In this document: positions 32,938 to 42,782 of the stretch, one piece after another | Numbering within the stretch: the first letter of the stretch is position 1 | Layout: each line of letters starts with the position of its first letter | NCBI GenBank assembly: GCA_021851885.1 | Contig: JAJZBS010000004.1 | Location: 1-61,975 of the forward strand | DNA: 61,975 nucleotides | Origin: Actinomycetes bacterium | GTDB lineage: Bacteria; Actinomycetota; Acidimicrobiia; Acidimicrobiales; JAMCQF01 | Reading direction: 5' to 3' | Notes under the pieces: model-generated | What the model saw: only the letters and a program-made list of their open reading frames with translations | What the model was told of the DNA's origin: nothing | Database searches by the model: none | Translations under genes and position numbers: made by a program

Positions 32938-33462
32938 ATGGGACGGAGCGCAACTCGCGATCGCGGGACCAGGAGGACAACCAGGGACGCGACACGCCGG
33001 ATCAAGAAGAAGCCGTGCTTGTTCTGCAAGGACCGTGTCGAATGGGTCGACTACAAGGACATCGTCGTCCTGCGCAAGTTCATGAGCGACCGTGGCAAGA
33101 TCCGCGCTCGCCGTGTCTCCGGCTGCTGCACGCGTCACCAGCGCGAGGTCGCCGTGGCCATCAAGACGGCCCGTGAGCTCGCGCTGCTGCCGTACGCGCA
33201 GAGGACGGTCAGCGAGCGCAGCCGCGTCAGCCCGGGTCGGGGCCGCGGCGAGAGCGGTGGCGGGGATGGGCGAGCCCCCGAGAGACCGTCGGCCGTAGCT
33301 GAGAGTGCCGTAGCTGAGAGTGCCGTAGCTGAGAGTGCCGACCAAGGCAACAACGGGGGAGGCGGCACCGAGGGCCGGGACGAGCTCGCCGGGTCAGCGG
33401 TAGAGCCGGTGGCCGCGCCCGTGCCCGAAGAGGCGGCCTCCGACGGCACGGGAGAGGCGTGA
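32938..33462 (+). CDS. rpsR: 30S ribosomal protein S18 (Zn-binding C+ type) with long C-terminal extension
   Basis: [32 protein letters not shown]. Confidence 0.95.
   Translation: MGRSATRDRGTRRTTRDATRRIKKKPCLFCKDRVEWVDYKDIVVLRKFMSDRGKIRARRVSGCCTRHQREVAVAIKTARELALLPYAQRTVSERSRVSPGRGRGESGGGDGRAPERPSAVAESAVAESAVAESADQGNNGGGGTEGRDELAGSAVEPVAAPVPEEAASDGTGEA
33292..33340 (+). repeat. Three perfect copies of GCCGTAGCTGAGAGT in the S18 tail
   Basis: Encodes AVAES x3. Confidence 0.95.
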
Positions 33463-33908
33463 TGCGCGTCGTCCTCCGCCACGACGTCACCGGGCTGGGG
33501 CTGCGCGGGGACGTCGTCGACGTCACCGGGGGCTACGCGCGCAACTACTTGGTGCCGCGCGAGCTCGCCTTCGTCGCGACCGACGGCGTGGCCAAGCAGG
33601 CCGGAGCGATGCGTCGCGCACGCGATCTGCGTGAAGCCCGCAGCCGCGAAGCGGCCGAGACGATCGCGACGACTCTCGTCGCGAAGACTCTCTCCATTGC
33701 GGTGCGCGCCGGGAGCGGGGGGCGCTTGTTCGGTTCGGTGACAGCCGCCGACATCGTCGACGCGCTGAAGGCGCAGGCCGGCGTCGAGATCGACCGGCGC
33801 CGTGTGCACCTGGACGAGCCGATCAAGTCACTCGGCATGCGCGAGGTCCCGGTCCGCCTCCATACCGACGTCGAGATCACGCTCAACATCGAAGTCGTCA
33901 GCGCCTGA
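33459..33908 (+). CDS. rplI: 50S ribosomal protein L9
   Basis: [33 protein letters not shown]. Confidence 0.97.
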   Translation: MMRVVLRHDVTGLGLRGDVVDVTGGYARNYLVPRELAFVATDGVAKQAGAMRRARDLREARSREAAETIATTLVAKTLSIAVRAGSGGRLFGSVTAADIVDALKAQAGVEIDRRRVHLDEPIKSLGMREVPVRLHTDVEITLNIEVVSA

Positions 33909-34127
33909 GCCGGTTCCCGGGTGTGCGCACCCGGGCGGCAGCGCTCCGGTTCGCCCCGAGCCCGACGTGCCGTCTCGCGCGGTGTCACAGCCGCCGAGTT
34001 GAATGCAGCGCGTGCACGGCCACGATCATCCCCAGTGCCGGCCGCTTTATCCCCAGATGCGGTGGGGGATTCCCACACGAAGTTCCCCTATTGATCCACC
34101 GGGCGGATCTGTCATCGTGGTGGAGCC

Positions 34128-35516
34128 ATGGTCCACCTGATCGAGGATGCATCCCACCGCCGGCGGGGATCGCAGAGTGCGGGGTCCTCCTCGGCCGGGG
34201 CACGCGTCCCCCCGCATAACTTGGAGGCCGAGAGCTCGCTGCTCGGGTCGATGCTCCTGTCGCGTAACGCCGTCGCCGAAGCTGTGGGGCGCTGCAGCGA
34301 GGACGACTTCTACAAGCCGGCGCACGGGCACGTCTTCCGCGCGATCACCGCCCTATACGGCCGGGGCGAAGCGGTCGACGCCGTGACGGTCTCCGACGAG
34401 CTCCGCCGCCAAGGAGTGCTCGACGCCATCGGGGGCCCCGGTCTTCTCCTGACCTTGCAGTCGGAGACCCCGGCGATCTCGAACGCGCAGCGCTACGCCG
34501 GTCTCGTCGAGGAGTACGCCCTCCTCCGGCGCCTCATCGGCGTCGCCTATGAGATCGCCGAGATTGGCTACGACGTCCCCGAAGACGTCACTGCCGCGAT
34601 CGACATGGCCGAGTCGATGGTCTTCAGTGTCGCCCAGCGCCGGGTCTCCGACTCCCTCGCACCGCTGAAGCAGCTACTCGAGGCGAGCCTCGACCACCTC
34701 GGCATGCTCTACGACAGGGGCGAGATGATCACCGGCGTCCCGACGGGCTTCCGGGACCTCGACGAGCACCTCGGCGGGCTGCAGGCGGCGAACCTCGTCA
34801 TCGTCGGCGCCCGGCCGTCGATGGGAAAGACCTCGTTCGCGCTGGGGGTCGCCGCACACGCCGCGGTCGTCGCCAAGACGAGCGTGCTCCTGTTCTCGCT
34901 GGAGATGAGCCAGCTCGAGATCACCAATCGCCTCCTGTGCGCCGAAGCGGGGGTCGAGGCGACGCGGATGCGCAACGGGCGGCTCCAGGAGAGGGACTGG
35001 CCGCGCATCAGCCACGCTGTGAGCCGGCTCGGCTCGGCCCCGCTTTTCATCGACGACGACCCCAACCTGACGGTCATGGACATCCGGGCGAAGGCCCGGC
35101 GGCTGAGCGCCAGCGACGCGGGCCTCGGTCTTGTGATCGTCGACTACCTGCAGCTCATGACCGGTCGCACCAAGGCCGAGAACCGCCAGGTCGAGGTCTC
35201 CGAGATCAGCCGCGGCCTGAAGATCCTCGCGCGTGAGTTGCGAGTCCCGGTCATTGCCCTCTCCCAGCTTTCCCGCAGCCTCGAGGCGCGCGCCGACAAG
35301 CGGCCGATGCTCGCCGACCTGCGCGAGTCGGGCAGCCTCGAGCAGGACGCCGACGTCGTCATGTTCATCTACCGGGACGAGGTGTACAACCCGGACTCGC
35401 CGGACCGCGGCAGCGCGGAGGTTATCGTCGCCAAGCACCGCAACGGCCCGACCGGCAAGACGGACCTGGCCTTCATCGACAAGTACACCCGCTTCGCCAA
35501 CATCGCGCGCGTCTGA
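34128..35516 (+). CDS. dnaB: Replicative helicase DnaB
   Basis: PPHNLEAE, GARPSMGKT, IVDYLQLM, ALSQLSR, DLRESGSLEQDAD, KHRNGPTG. Confidence 0.98.
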   Translation: MVHLIEDASHRRRGSQSAGSSSAGARVPPHNLEAESSLLGSMLLSRNAVAEAVGRCSEDDFYKPAHGHVFRAITALYGRGEAVDAVTVSDELRRQGVLDAIGGPGLLLTLQSETPAISNAQRYAGLVEEYALLRRLIGVAYEIAEIGYDVPEDVTAAIDMAESMVFSVAQRRVSDSLAPLKQLLEASLDHLGMLYDRGEMITGVPTGFRDLDEHLGGLQAANLVIVGARPSMGKTSFALGVAAHAAVVAKTSVLLFSLEMSQLEITNRLLCAEAGVEATRMRNGRLQERDWPRISHAVSRLGSAPLFIDDDPNLTVMDIRAKARRLSASDAGLGLVIVDYLQLMTGRTKAENRQVEVSEISRGLKILARELRVPVIALSQLSRSLEARADKRPMLADLRESGSLEQDADVVMFIYRDEVYNPDSPDRGSAEVIVAKHRNGPTGKTDLAFIDKYTRFANIARV

Positions 35517-35545
35517 ACAGGTGCGCTACGCGCGCCGCGGCGGCC

Positions 35546-37834
35546 TCACTGGGTCGTGATGGCCGCCTCGGCCTCGCCTTCCGGATCGACGAAAGGCGCC
35601 CCGTCGACATCGACGACGACATGTTCGATCGTGCCTGTCCAGGGGAAGGTCCCCGTCCAGCGCCGTGAGACGGGGAGTCCGTCGCCTCGGCCGCAGGTGA
35701 GCCCGGCACCGGTGAGCGAGAAGCGCACAGGGGTGAAGTGTGGGATCTCTCCGCGGGCGAGCTCGGTGCCGTCGACGAGGAGGTGCCCGATGCCGGAGTG
35801 CTCGCCGGTGCGCGAAAAGACGTAGGTGATCTCGTGGCGACCGCCCTCGAGCGGGGTGTCGGCGGCGACGTGCTGCTCCTCGATGCTGACGTAGTTGTGG
35901 ACGTAGCCGGGCCGGCCGCCGAGGACGTAAACCGCCCAGCCGCCGAGCCCGGATCCCTGGGCGACAAGCACGCCTTCGCCGCCACCACTGGGCACGATGC
36001 ATGCGACGGTGATGCGGTGGTCCCGATTGCGCACGTTGACGGCGACGATCTCCGGGACCGGGGTGCCGCCCGGGCGGTAGACGTAGCGGTGGCGCGCGGG
36101 CACCGCGGGCGGGCGTTCCAGGACGAACTCGGAGAAGGCACGGTTGTCGAGGGGCAGCACCTGGTTACGCCCCGCCTCGCTCCACCAGCGCTCGACCATC
36201 GAGCGCAGGCGCTGCGGCTCGTGCTCGGCGAGGTCGTGGCATTCGGACGGATCCGCGCGCACGTCGTAGAGCTCCCAGATGTCGTCGTCGAAGGCGACCG
36301 AGGTGTCTTGGATCGTGTGGTAGGTGACTGCCTTCCAGCCGTCGTGGTAGAGGGCGCGGCAGCCGAACATCTCGTAGTACTGGGTGGTGCGGGGGCTCTT
36401 GGCACCGGGGTCGGAGAATGTCGCGGCGAAGCTCGCGCCGTCGATTGACGATTGGGGGATGCCGCCGAGTTGCATGGGCGCGTCGATCCCGGCTGCGTCG
36501 AGAACGGTGGGCAGGATGTCGATCGCGTGCACGTACTGGGAACGTGTCTGCCCGGGTGTCGCGACGCCGGCCGGCCAGTGGACGAGGAGCGGGTCTGCAA
36601 CGCCACCCTCGTGAACCTCCCGCTTCCAACGGCGAAACGGCGTGTTGCCCGCAACCGTCCACCCCCACGGGTAGTTGTTGTGGCACCACGGGCCCCCGAT
36701 CTCGTCAATGCGCCCGATCGCTTCGGCGACCGTCTGGGGGGCGACATTCCACAGGCGCACATCGTTGACCGAGCCAAATGGCCCGCCTTCCGAGCTCGCG
36801 CCGTTGTCCGACAGGACGATCAGCAGGGTGTTGTCGAGGTCGCCGCTGCGCTCAAGGGCTGCGACGAGCCGCCCGACGTTGTCATCGGTATGGCTGAGGT
36901 AGCCCGCGAAGGCCTCCATATAGCGTGCGTAGAGACGTTGCTCGTCGCGCGACAGGCTGTCCCATGACGGCACCCAGTCGGGGCGTGGGGAGAGCTCGGT
37001 GTGAGCGGGCAACAAGCCCGAAGTGATCTGGCGCTCCAGGGCCTGCTCCCGCCACCGGTCCCAGCCGTCATCGAAGGCGCCGCAGTAGCGGGTCATCCAC
37101 TCTCGAGGCGGCTGATGGGGAGCGTGGCAAGCTCCCGGGCAGAACCAGAGGAAGAAGGGTTTGGCCGGGTCGACGGCGCGCAGGTCGTCGATCAACGTGA
37201 CGGCGTGGTCGACGAGGTCCTCGGTCAGGTGGTAACCCTGCTCGTAGGAGCGCGGCGGCGGCACCGGGTGGTTGTCTTCCACGAGGGCGGGGACGAACTG
37301 GTGCGTTTCCCCTCCGAGGAAGCCGTAGAAGCGCTCGAAGCCGCGTCCGAGGGGCCAGCGGCGCCGGGTGGCCCCGACGTGGCCCTCCTCTTCGGGTGCC
37401 AGATGCCACTTGCCAACGGCAAAGGTGGCGTAGCCGGCGTCGAGGAGGATCTCGGAGAGCATTCCGTTCGCCGCGGGGATACGCGCGTTGTAGCCGGGGA
37501 ATCCCGTCGCAAGCTCTGCGATGCGGCCCATGCCGTTGCGGTGGTGGTTCCTTCCGGTGAGCAGGCACGCTCGTGTCGGTGAGCAGAGCGAGGTCGTGTG
37601 GAAGTTGGCGTAGCGCAGGCCACCGCCGGCCAGCCTGTCGAGCGTGGGCGTCGCCAGGTCGGAGCCGAAGCAGCCGAGCTGTGCAAAGCCGACGTCGTCA
37701 AGGACGACGACGACGACGTTCGGCGCGCCGGTGGGGGGACGACGTTCCTCTGGCCAGTGCGGGACTGCCTCGGAGAAGTCCCGCCCGGCGACACCAGCGA
37801 AGCCGGCCCCTGCGCGAGACGCGGCGCCGCTCAT
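35546..37834 (-). CDS. Arylsulfatase (Cys-type, AtsA-like)
   Basis: VLDDVG, LCSPTRACLLTGR, GKWHL, SDNG, PWGW..AGNTP.RRWK, HEGG; ATG at 37834 inferred. Confidence 0.93.
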   Translation of the reverse strand: MSGAASRAGAGFAGVAGRDFSEAVPHWPEERRPPTGAPNVVVVVLDDVGFAQLGCFGSDLATPTLDRLAGGGLRYANFHTTSLCSPTRACLLTGRNHHRNGMGRIAELATGFPGYNARIPAANGMLSEILLDAGYATFAVGKWHLAPEEEGHVGATRRRWPLGRGFERFYGFLGGETHQFVPALVEDNHPVPPPRSYEQGYHLTEDLVDHAVTLIDDLRAVDPAKPFFLWFCPGACHAPHQPPREWMTRYCGAFDDGWDRWREQALERQITSGLLPAHTELSPRPDWVPSWDSLSRDEQRLYARYMEAFAGYLSHTDDNVGRLVAALERSGDLDNTLLIVLSDNGASSEGGPFGSVNDVRLWNVAPQTVAEAIGRIDEIGGPWCHNNYPWGWTVAGNTPFRRWKREVHEGGVADPLLVHWPAGVATPGQTRSQYVHAIDILPTVLDAAGIDAPMQLGGIPQSSIDGASFAATFSDPGAKSPRTTQYYEMFGCRALYHDGWKAVTYHTIQDTSVAFDDDIWELYDVRADPSECHDLAEHEPQRLRSMVERWWSEAGRNQVLPLDNRAFSEFVLERPPAVPARHRYVYRPGGTPVPEIVAVNVRNRDHRITVACIVPSGGGEGVLVAQGSGLGGWAVYVLGGRPGYVHNYVSIEEQHVAADTPLEGGRHEITYVFSRTGEHSGIGHLLVDGTELARGEIPHFTPVRFSLTGAGLTCGRGDGLPVSRRWTGTFPWTGTIEHVVVDVDGAPFVDPEGEAEAAITTQ

Positions 37835-38043
37835 GGCGCTGTCGGACGGCTGGCGGTGGCGAGCAACAAGGCGGCGAGCGGATCTGTCACGGGTTCCTCC
37901 CGGCTCTCGTCTCGATCGCGCTCCGGTCGTCGGCCGAAGTGCTCGCCTAGAAGCGTCCCACATCTGCGCTCTGGCAGGCACCGGGCTTGCGACGGGAGTG
38001 GTCGCCGGCTTGTGCACCGGGGCAACCGCATAAGGTGGCCCGC

Positions 38044-39042
38044 ATGGAGCATCGCCATCTCGGACGCAGTGGTCTCGTGGTCTCGGCCGTCGCTTACGGC
38101 AACTGGCTCACCCACGGGAGCCAGATCGAAGAGGACCGCGCCATGGCGTGTGTTCACGCCGCGCTCGACGAAGGCATCACGACTTTTGACACCGCGGATG
38201 TCTACGCGACGACGAAGGCGGAGGAGGTGCTCGGCCGCGCGCTCAAAGGCATGCGGCGGGAGTCACTCGAGATCTTCACGAAGGTCTACTGGCCGACCGG
38301 TTCCGGCATGAACGACCGTGGCCTGTCGCGTAAGCACATCATGGAGTCCTGTGAAGCATCGCTGCAGCGTCTACAGACTGATCACATCGACCTGTACCAA
38401 GCGCATCGCTACGACTACGAGACGCCTCTCGAGGAGACCCTGCGGGCCTTCGACGACCTCGTGCGCCAGGGCAAGGTGCTCTACGTCGGTGTATCGGAGT
38501 GGCGCGCCGAGCAGATCGCAGCGGCCCTGCGCATCGCCGGCCAGATGGGCTTCGACCGCATCGTCTCCAACCAACCGCAGTACTCGATGCTGTGGCGGGT
38601 GATCGAAGACGAGGTGATGCCCCTGTGCGCTGACGAAGGCCTCGGCCAGGTCGTCTGGTCCCCGATCGCCCAGGGCGTTCTCACCGGCAAGTACGCGCCC
38701 GGCGCCAAGCTGCCCGAAGGGTCGCGCGCAACGGACCCCACGGGAGCGGGTTTTATCACCCACTGGTTGCGCGACGAGATCCTCGAGCGGGTCGCCCTGC
38801 TCGGGCCCATCGCCACCGATGCAGGGCTCACCTTGGCGCAGCTCGCCGTCGCATGGGTTCTCCAGCACCCGGAGGTCTCGGCGGCCATCGTCGGCGCCAC
38901 CCGCCCGGAACAGGTGCGCGAGAACGCGGCCGCCGCAGGTGTGAAGCTCGACCGGTCGGTCATGGCGCGGATCGACGAAGCCGTCGGGCCCGTCGTGCTC
39001 CGGGACCCTGCGCTGACCGTGAGCCCCGAGCGCAGGCCCTGA
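38044..39042 (+). CDS. Aldo/keto reductase (Kv-beta/Tas-like)
   Basis: GITTFDTADVY, IFTK, RLQTDHIDLYQAH, GKVLYVGVSEW, SPIAQGVLTGKY. Confidence 0.93.
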   Translation: MEHRHLGRSGLVVSAVAYGNWLTHGSQIEEDRAMACVHAALDEGITTFDTADVYATTKAEEVLGRALKGMRRESLEIFTKVYWPTGSGMNDRGLSRKHIMESCEASLQRLQTDHIDLYQAHRYDYETPLEETLRAFDDLVRQGKVLYVGVSEWRAEQIAAALRIAGQMGFDRIVSNQPQYSMLWRVIEDEVMPLCADEGLGQVVWSPIAQGVLTGKYAPGAKLPEGSRATDPTGAGFITHWLRDEILERVALLGPIATDAGLTLAQLAVAWVLQHPEVSAAIVGATRPEQVRENAAAAGVKLDRSVMARIDEAVGPVVLRDPALTVSPERRP

Positions 39043-39063
39043 GAGCGCGGACCGGTAGAGGGC

Positions 39064-39534
39064 TCAGGCTCCGAGAAGGCGAGTGACCGCCTGGCGGGTC
39101 GACTCGTTGACCTGGGCGAGCCGATCGAGCTCTTCGGCGAGGCGTCGCACCCAGACGTCGACGGTGACCTCTTCGGTGCCGATCGTGACGCCCCGGACAC
39201 GCCGGACCACTTGGGCGGTGAAGCCGTGCGGGTGCGCCGCGAGGACCAGGTCGACCTTGTCGCCGTGGACCGTGATTGCCGTCGCCCGTCCCGGCCGGCC
39301 CGCGACGCGGTCGCCAAAGGAGCGGTCCCGTCCGATCTCGACCATGCCAGCGGGCAGGGCGTCGGCGAGCGACGTCGTGATGACGTCCGCGTAGGTGGCG
39401 AGATCTTGCGAGTCGGCTCGCAGGGCCGCGGCCAGCATGTCGATCGTGCTGGTACCGGCCACCTCGTCCCCGCCGCCGGGGCCCTTTTCGCCGCCGGGCT
39501 CCGTGCTTCCGCCGGAGCCCCCGGTCGCGCTCAT
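39064..39534 (-). CDS. Hypothetical protein, third gene of the YbjQ operon
   Basis: ATGA overlap with the upstream stop; DMLAAALRADS.DL..Y helical start followed by predicted beta strands. Confidence 0.7.
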   Translation of the reverse strand: MSATGGSGGSTEPGGEKGPGGGDEVAGTSTIDMLAAALRADSQDLATYADVITTSLADALPAGMVEIGRDRSFGDRVAGRPGRATAITVHGDKVDLVLAAHPHGFTAQVVRRVRGVTIGTEEVTVDVWVRRLAEELDRLAQVNESTRQAVTRLLGA

Positions 39535-40349
39535 CGATCCGTCAGCGGGAGGACCATCTGTGGCTTGGCGATGACGTGGTCGGCCTTCAGCGCGCGCACC
39601 GCGGTGCCTATGGCGAAGAACTCCGTCGTGTGGCCGCCCCAGCGGTGGTTGAGGGAGAGGAGCTGGACCCCGACGATGCCTTCGGCGTGTAGCTGCTCGG
39701 CCTCGGTCTGCATCCGGCTCATGGCGAGCTCCCGGGCGTCGTAGAGCGCTTCGGTGAACTGGGGGATCTCGGTGTTGCGCCCGACGTTGCCAAGGGCGCG
39801 GAAGGCTCCCTGGTGGGCGATGTGGTACACGCAGCTGCCCATCACCATGCCGAGAGGCGCGTAGCCGGCCTGGACGAGCGTCCAGAAGTCCTGGCCCGAC
39901 AGGTCGGAGGTGAAGGGCTTGTTCTCGTCGTTGCGCCAGCTACCCTGCTCCTCCGCCTTGACGGCGGTGCCGACCGCGATGAACTCGGCGAGGTCGTTGC
40001 CGAACTCCTTGAACTCGATATCGAGCCGCACGCCGACGATCCCATCTGCGCCGAGTGCATCGGCCTCGGCCTCCATGCGGGTCATCGCCAGCTCACGCGC
40101 CTGGTACATGGCGGTCGACAGGCGATCGAGCTCCATGTTCGTCGACCAGCGTCCAACCTGGATCCCGACGTGATAGATGCTGGACCCGAGGACGAGCCCG
40201 ACCGGTCGAAATCCTGCTTCGCGCACGAGGAGGAACTCGTTGACGGTCAGATCCGACGTGAAGAGGGCGCCCGGTTGGCCGGGACGCATCTCGGCGAGAC
40301 GTCGCATGGCATCTTCAGGGACGCCGATCTCGTTCGTTTCGATTGCCAT
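39531..40349 (-). CDS. Tandem YbjQ/UPF0145 (heavy-metal-binding-like) domain protein
   Basis: Two internal repeats: G.V.GS.IYH...ARELAM.RM..EA..L.ADGIVGV.L...EF.AVGTAV. Confidence 0.8.
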   Translation of the reverse strand: MAIETNEIGVPEDAMRRLAEMRPGQPGALFTSDLTVNEFLLVREAGFRPVGLVLGSSIYHVGIQVGRWSTNMELDRLSTAMYQARELAMTRMEAEADALGADGIVGVRLDIEFKEFGNDLAEFIAVGTAVKAEEQGSWRNDENKPFTSDLSGQDFWTLVQAGYAPLGMVMGSCVYHIAHQGAFRALGNVGRNTEIPQFTEALYDARELAMSRMQTEAEQLHAEGIVGVQLLSLNHRWGGHTTEFFAIGTAVRALKADHVIAKPQMVLPLTDR

Positions 40350-40364
40350 CGATATCTCCTCGCG

Positions 40365-41309
40365 TTACTTCGTAAGACTGTTTGGGGCGTCGCGCATGGG
40401 CAGCACGATCAGTGGGGCGGCGCCGGTTGCCGGGCGCCGGGCGAATCGCGCGACCGCCGTGGCCACGACCGACGCCTCGGCGACGTGGTCGGTGTGGCCC
40501 TCCGATACCTCGAGCTTGTGCATGTGGGCCGTCACCGGGGCTGTCAGGATCGCACCCTCGGCACCGACGGCCGAGGTCCGGGCGGCGAGGACGTGGCGGG
40601 CATCGGCACGGACGTGGGTCAGGAGCTCCGTGTAGCCGCTCACCTCGACGTTCTGGCTTTGGAACGCCATCGCCTCGTAGCGCGTGCGCAGGTCGTCGTG
40701 ACGGATGGCGACCGAGATGCCGATGACGATTGACGCCGGTGCCCATCCCGCGTGCAGGAGCTTGGCCGCGTCCTGGCCGTCGAGGGCGGTGGTGAAGGGC
40801 CGGCGTGGTCGCGTGCGACCGCGGGAGCGCACCGCGGTGCCGAGGACGACGAACTCACGGTTCAGGTTCTCCATGTGCGTCTCGGTGAGCCGCACGTCGA
40901 CGACCCCGTCGCCGCCGATGGCCGCGCACTCGGCGAGCATCCGGCTCATCGCCGTGTCCCAACCGGCGTTGAGGGCGTCGACGTAGGGCTGGAAGCCGAC
41001 CCACCCGGTGGCCGCCCCCACAGGCGGTGGGGCCGCCATCGTGCCGAAGCGCCCGAAGGCACCCATCCCACCCATCCCGCTCATGCCGCCCATGCCGGGT
41101 CCGTAGTAGCCACACCCGCCGAAGCCCTGCCAGCCGATGTGGGCGACAACGCAGCCCATGACCTCACCGACGGGAGTGAATCCGGCGCTTTCAATGCCGG
41201 TGTGTCCGCCGACGCTGAGCAGGCTTGAGTGCGCTCCGTCGGCTTGGGCCCTATCGAGGCGCGCCCGGGCGGCGGGTGGAAGCCCTTGCCCGTCCCACTC
41301 CTCGGCCAC
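40365..41309 (-). CDS. Tandem YbjQ/UPF0145 domain protein, paralogue of the adjacent gene
   Basis: GEVMGCVV...AMSRML.EC..IGGDGVVDV.L...EFVVLGTAV; second repeat ARHVL......GAEG....GTA-like; Gly/Met-rich loop. Confidence 0.75.
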   Translation of the reverse strand: MAEEWDGQGLPPAARARLDRAQADGAHSSLLSVGGHTGIESAGFTPVGEVMGCVVAHIGWQGFGGCGYYGPGMGGMSGMGGMGAFGRFGTMAAPPPVGAATGWVGFQPYVDALNAGWDTAMSRMLAECAAIGGDGVVDVRLTETHMENLNREFVVLGTAVRSRGRTRPRRPFTTALDGQDAAKLLHAGWAPASIVIGISVAIRHDDLRTRYEAMAFQSQNVEVSGYTELLTHVRADARHVLAARTSAVGAEGAILTAPVTAHMHKLEVSEGHTDHVAEASVVATAVARFARRPATGAAPLIVLPMRDAPNSLTK

Positions 41310-41363
41310 GTGTGCCTCCGTTCGTCGACGCTGCTCTGGCTATGTTCGTTGCCAAGCCCGAAC

Positions 41364-42710
41364 CTATCGCGCTCCACTGCGGTCTGCGGCGGCGGGTGCC
41401 TCCTCTTCGGGCGGCAGCTTGCGGAAGAAGACCCAGTACAGGAGGGCGTTGGCCGCCTGGAGGACGGCGGCGATCTCGAAGGGGAGCGTCAGGCTGACCT
41501 CGTCGAAGAGGTAGCCGGACAGTGCCGGGCTGGCGGCCATGGCCATCTGGCTCGGCAGGTTCGCGAGTGCGGCGACCGCCCCGCGCTCTTCTGAGTCGGC
41601 CATTGCAAGGACATAGGACTGGCGCAGTGGCATGCCGACGCGCTGGATCACCATACGCACGAGGTAGAAGGCACCCGCGACGGCGAAGGTCGGGGACAGT
41701 GCCAACGGCACGAGGAGGACCGCCTGGGCCGCGCGCACCGAGACGACGGTGCGCACGAGGCCGAAACGGCGGGCAATGGGCGCGGCCGACAAGGTGGATG
41801 GAATCGCCGCGACGTTGACGACGGCGAAGAGCACTCCGATCTCGGCCACGCTCGCGCCGAAACGGCGGAAGAGCCAGTAGGAGACGAACGGTCCGAACAT
41901 GCCGACGGCGAGGCCGTTGAGGGTGTTCGTCGCCCACAGGCGGTGGAGCAGGTGCCGGGAGCGTCGCGGCAGGCGCAGGCGCCGGCCCGGCCTGTCCCCG
42001 GGACGCGCCCCGGCCATTCGTCCGCCGGGCTCGCGGATGGCCAAGGCGACCAGGCCGGCCGCAGTCGCCAGGATGGCGGCTGCGACGAAGGCCGGGCGGA
42101 ATATGGCCATGGCTGCTTGCGCGCTCGGATGCCGGGCATGGACGAGGAGAGCAAGAAGCCCTCCCGTGAGGGCCCCGAGTGAGGAGACGAATGCGAGCCT
42201 CCCGAAGGCGGCGTTGCGCCGCACGGCGGCCACGCCGTCGGTGACAAGGGCGGCTTCCGCCGGCTGGTACGGACCGACCGCTCCGGCCCCGGCTCCCGCT
42301 CCGCGCCCGAAGGTGCCCAAGGCGGCCGCGACGAACAGGATGGGAACCGAACGCGTCGTCGCGAAGACGGCACCGGCGGCACCGGCGAGCAACGGGACGG
42401 CCACGAGGAACGGCTTGCGCCCAACCCGGTCCGAAGCCGTCCCGATGAGGGCCGACATCACGGCTGCGGCGAGTGCGATCACCAGGAAGAGGATCCCGAG
42501 CCGCAGGGCGCCGAACCCTTCGATCGCAAGGTAGACCGGAGCGACAACGGCGACGAGGGCCCGGCAGGCGCTCATCAACGCACGTGCAACGAGGACGATC
42601 GCGAAGTTGCGGTTGACCCATTCGGGGACCAGCCATCGCCAGCGGTGCGCCGCATTGCGGTGGGTCACGCTGGGATTTTCGGCGCCGGCTGCGCTCTCGT
42701 CGGGTTGCAT
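41364..42710 (-). CDS. MFS transporter
   Basis: About 12 TM segments; motif A GTASDRVGRK; second-half motif IARRFG. Confidence 0.9.
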   Translation of the reverse strand: MQPDESAAGAENPSVTHRNAAHRWRWLVPEWVNRNFAIVLVARALMSACRALVAVVAPVYLAIEGFGALRLGILFLVIALAAAVMSALIGTASDRVGRKPFLVAVPLLAGAAGAVFATTRSVPILFVAAALGTFGRGAGAGAGAVGPYQPAEAALVTDGVAAVRRNAAFGRLAFVSSLGALTGGLLALLVHARHPSAQAAMAIFRPAFVAAAILATAAGLVALAIREPGGRMAGARPGDRPGRRLRLPRRSRHLLHRLWATNTLNGLAVGMFGPFVSYWLFRRFGASVAEIGVLFAVVNVAAIPSTLSAAPIARRFGLVRTVVSVRAAQAVLLVPLALSPTFAVAGAFYLVRMVIQRVGMPLRQSYVLAMADSEERGAVAALANLPSQMAMAASPALSGYLFDEVSLTLPFEIAAVLQAANALLYWVFFRKLPPEEEAPAAADRSGAR

Positions 42711-42782
42711 CGGTCGCGGTGAAACTAGCGGAGCCGGTCGTCGCGCGAATGGACTTCGCAGCGTCGATGGTAACTTGACACG

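Noticed and set aside
35546-37834. Sulfatase without an adjacent formylglycine-generating enzyme
   Set aside because: Maturation enzymes commonly act in trans, so this is uninformative within one window.
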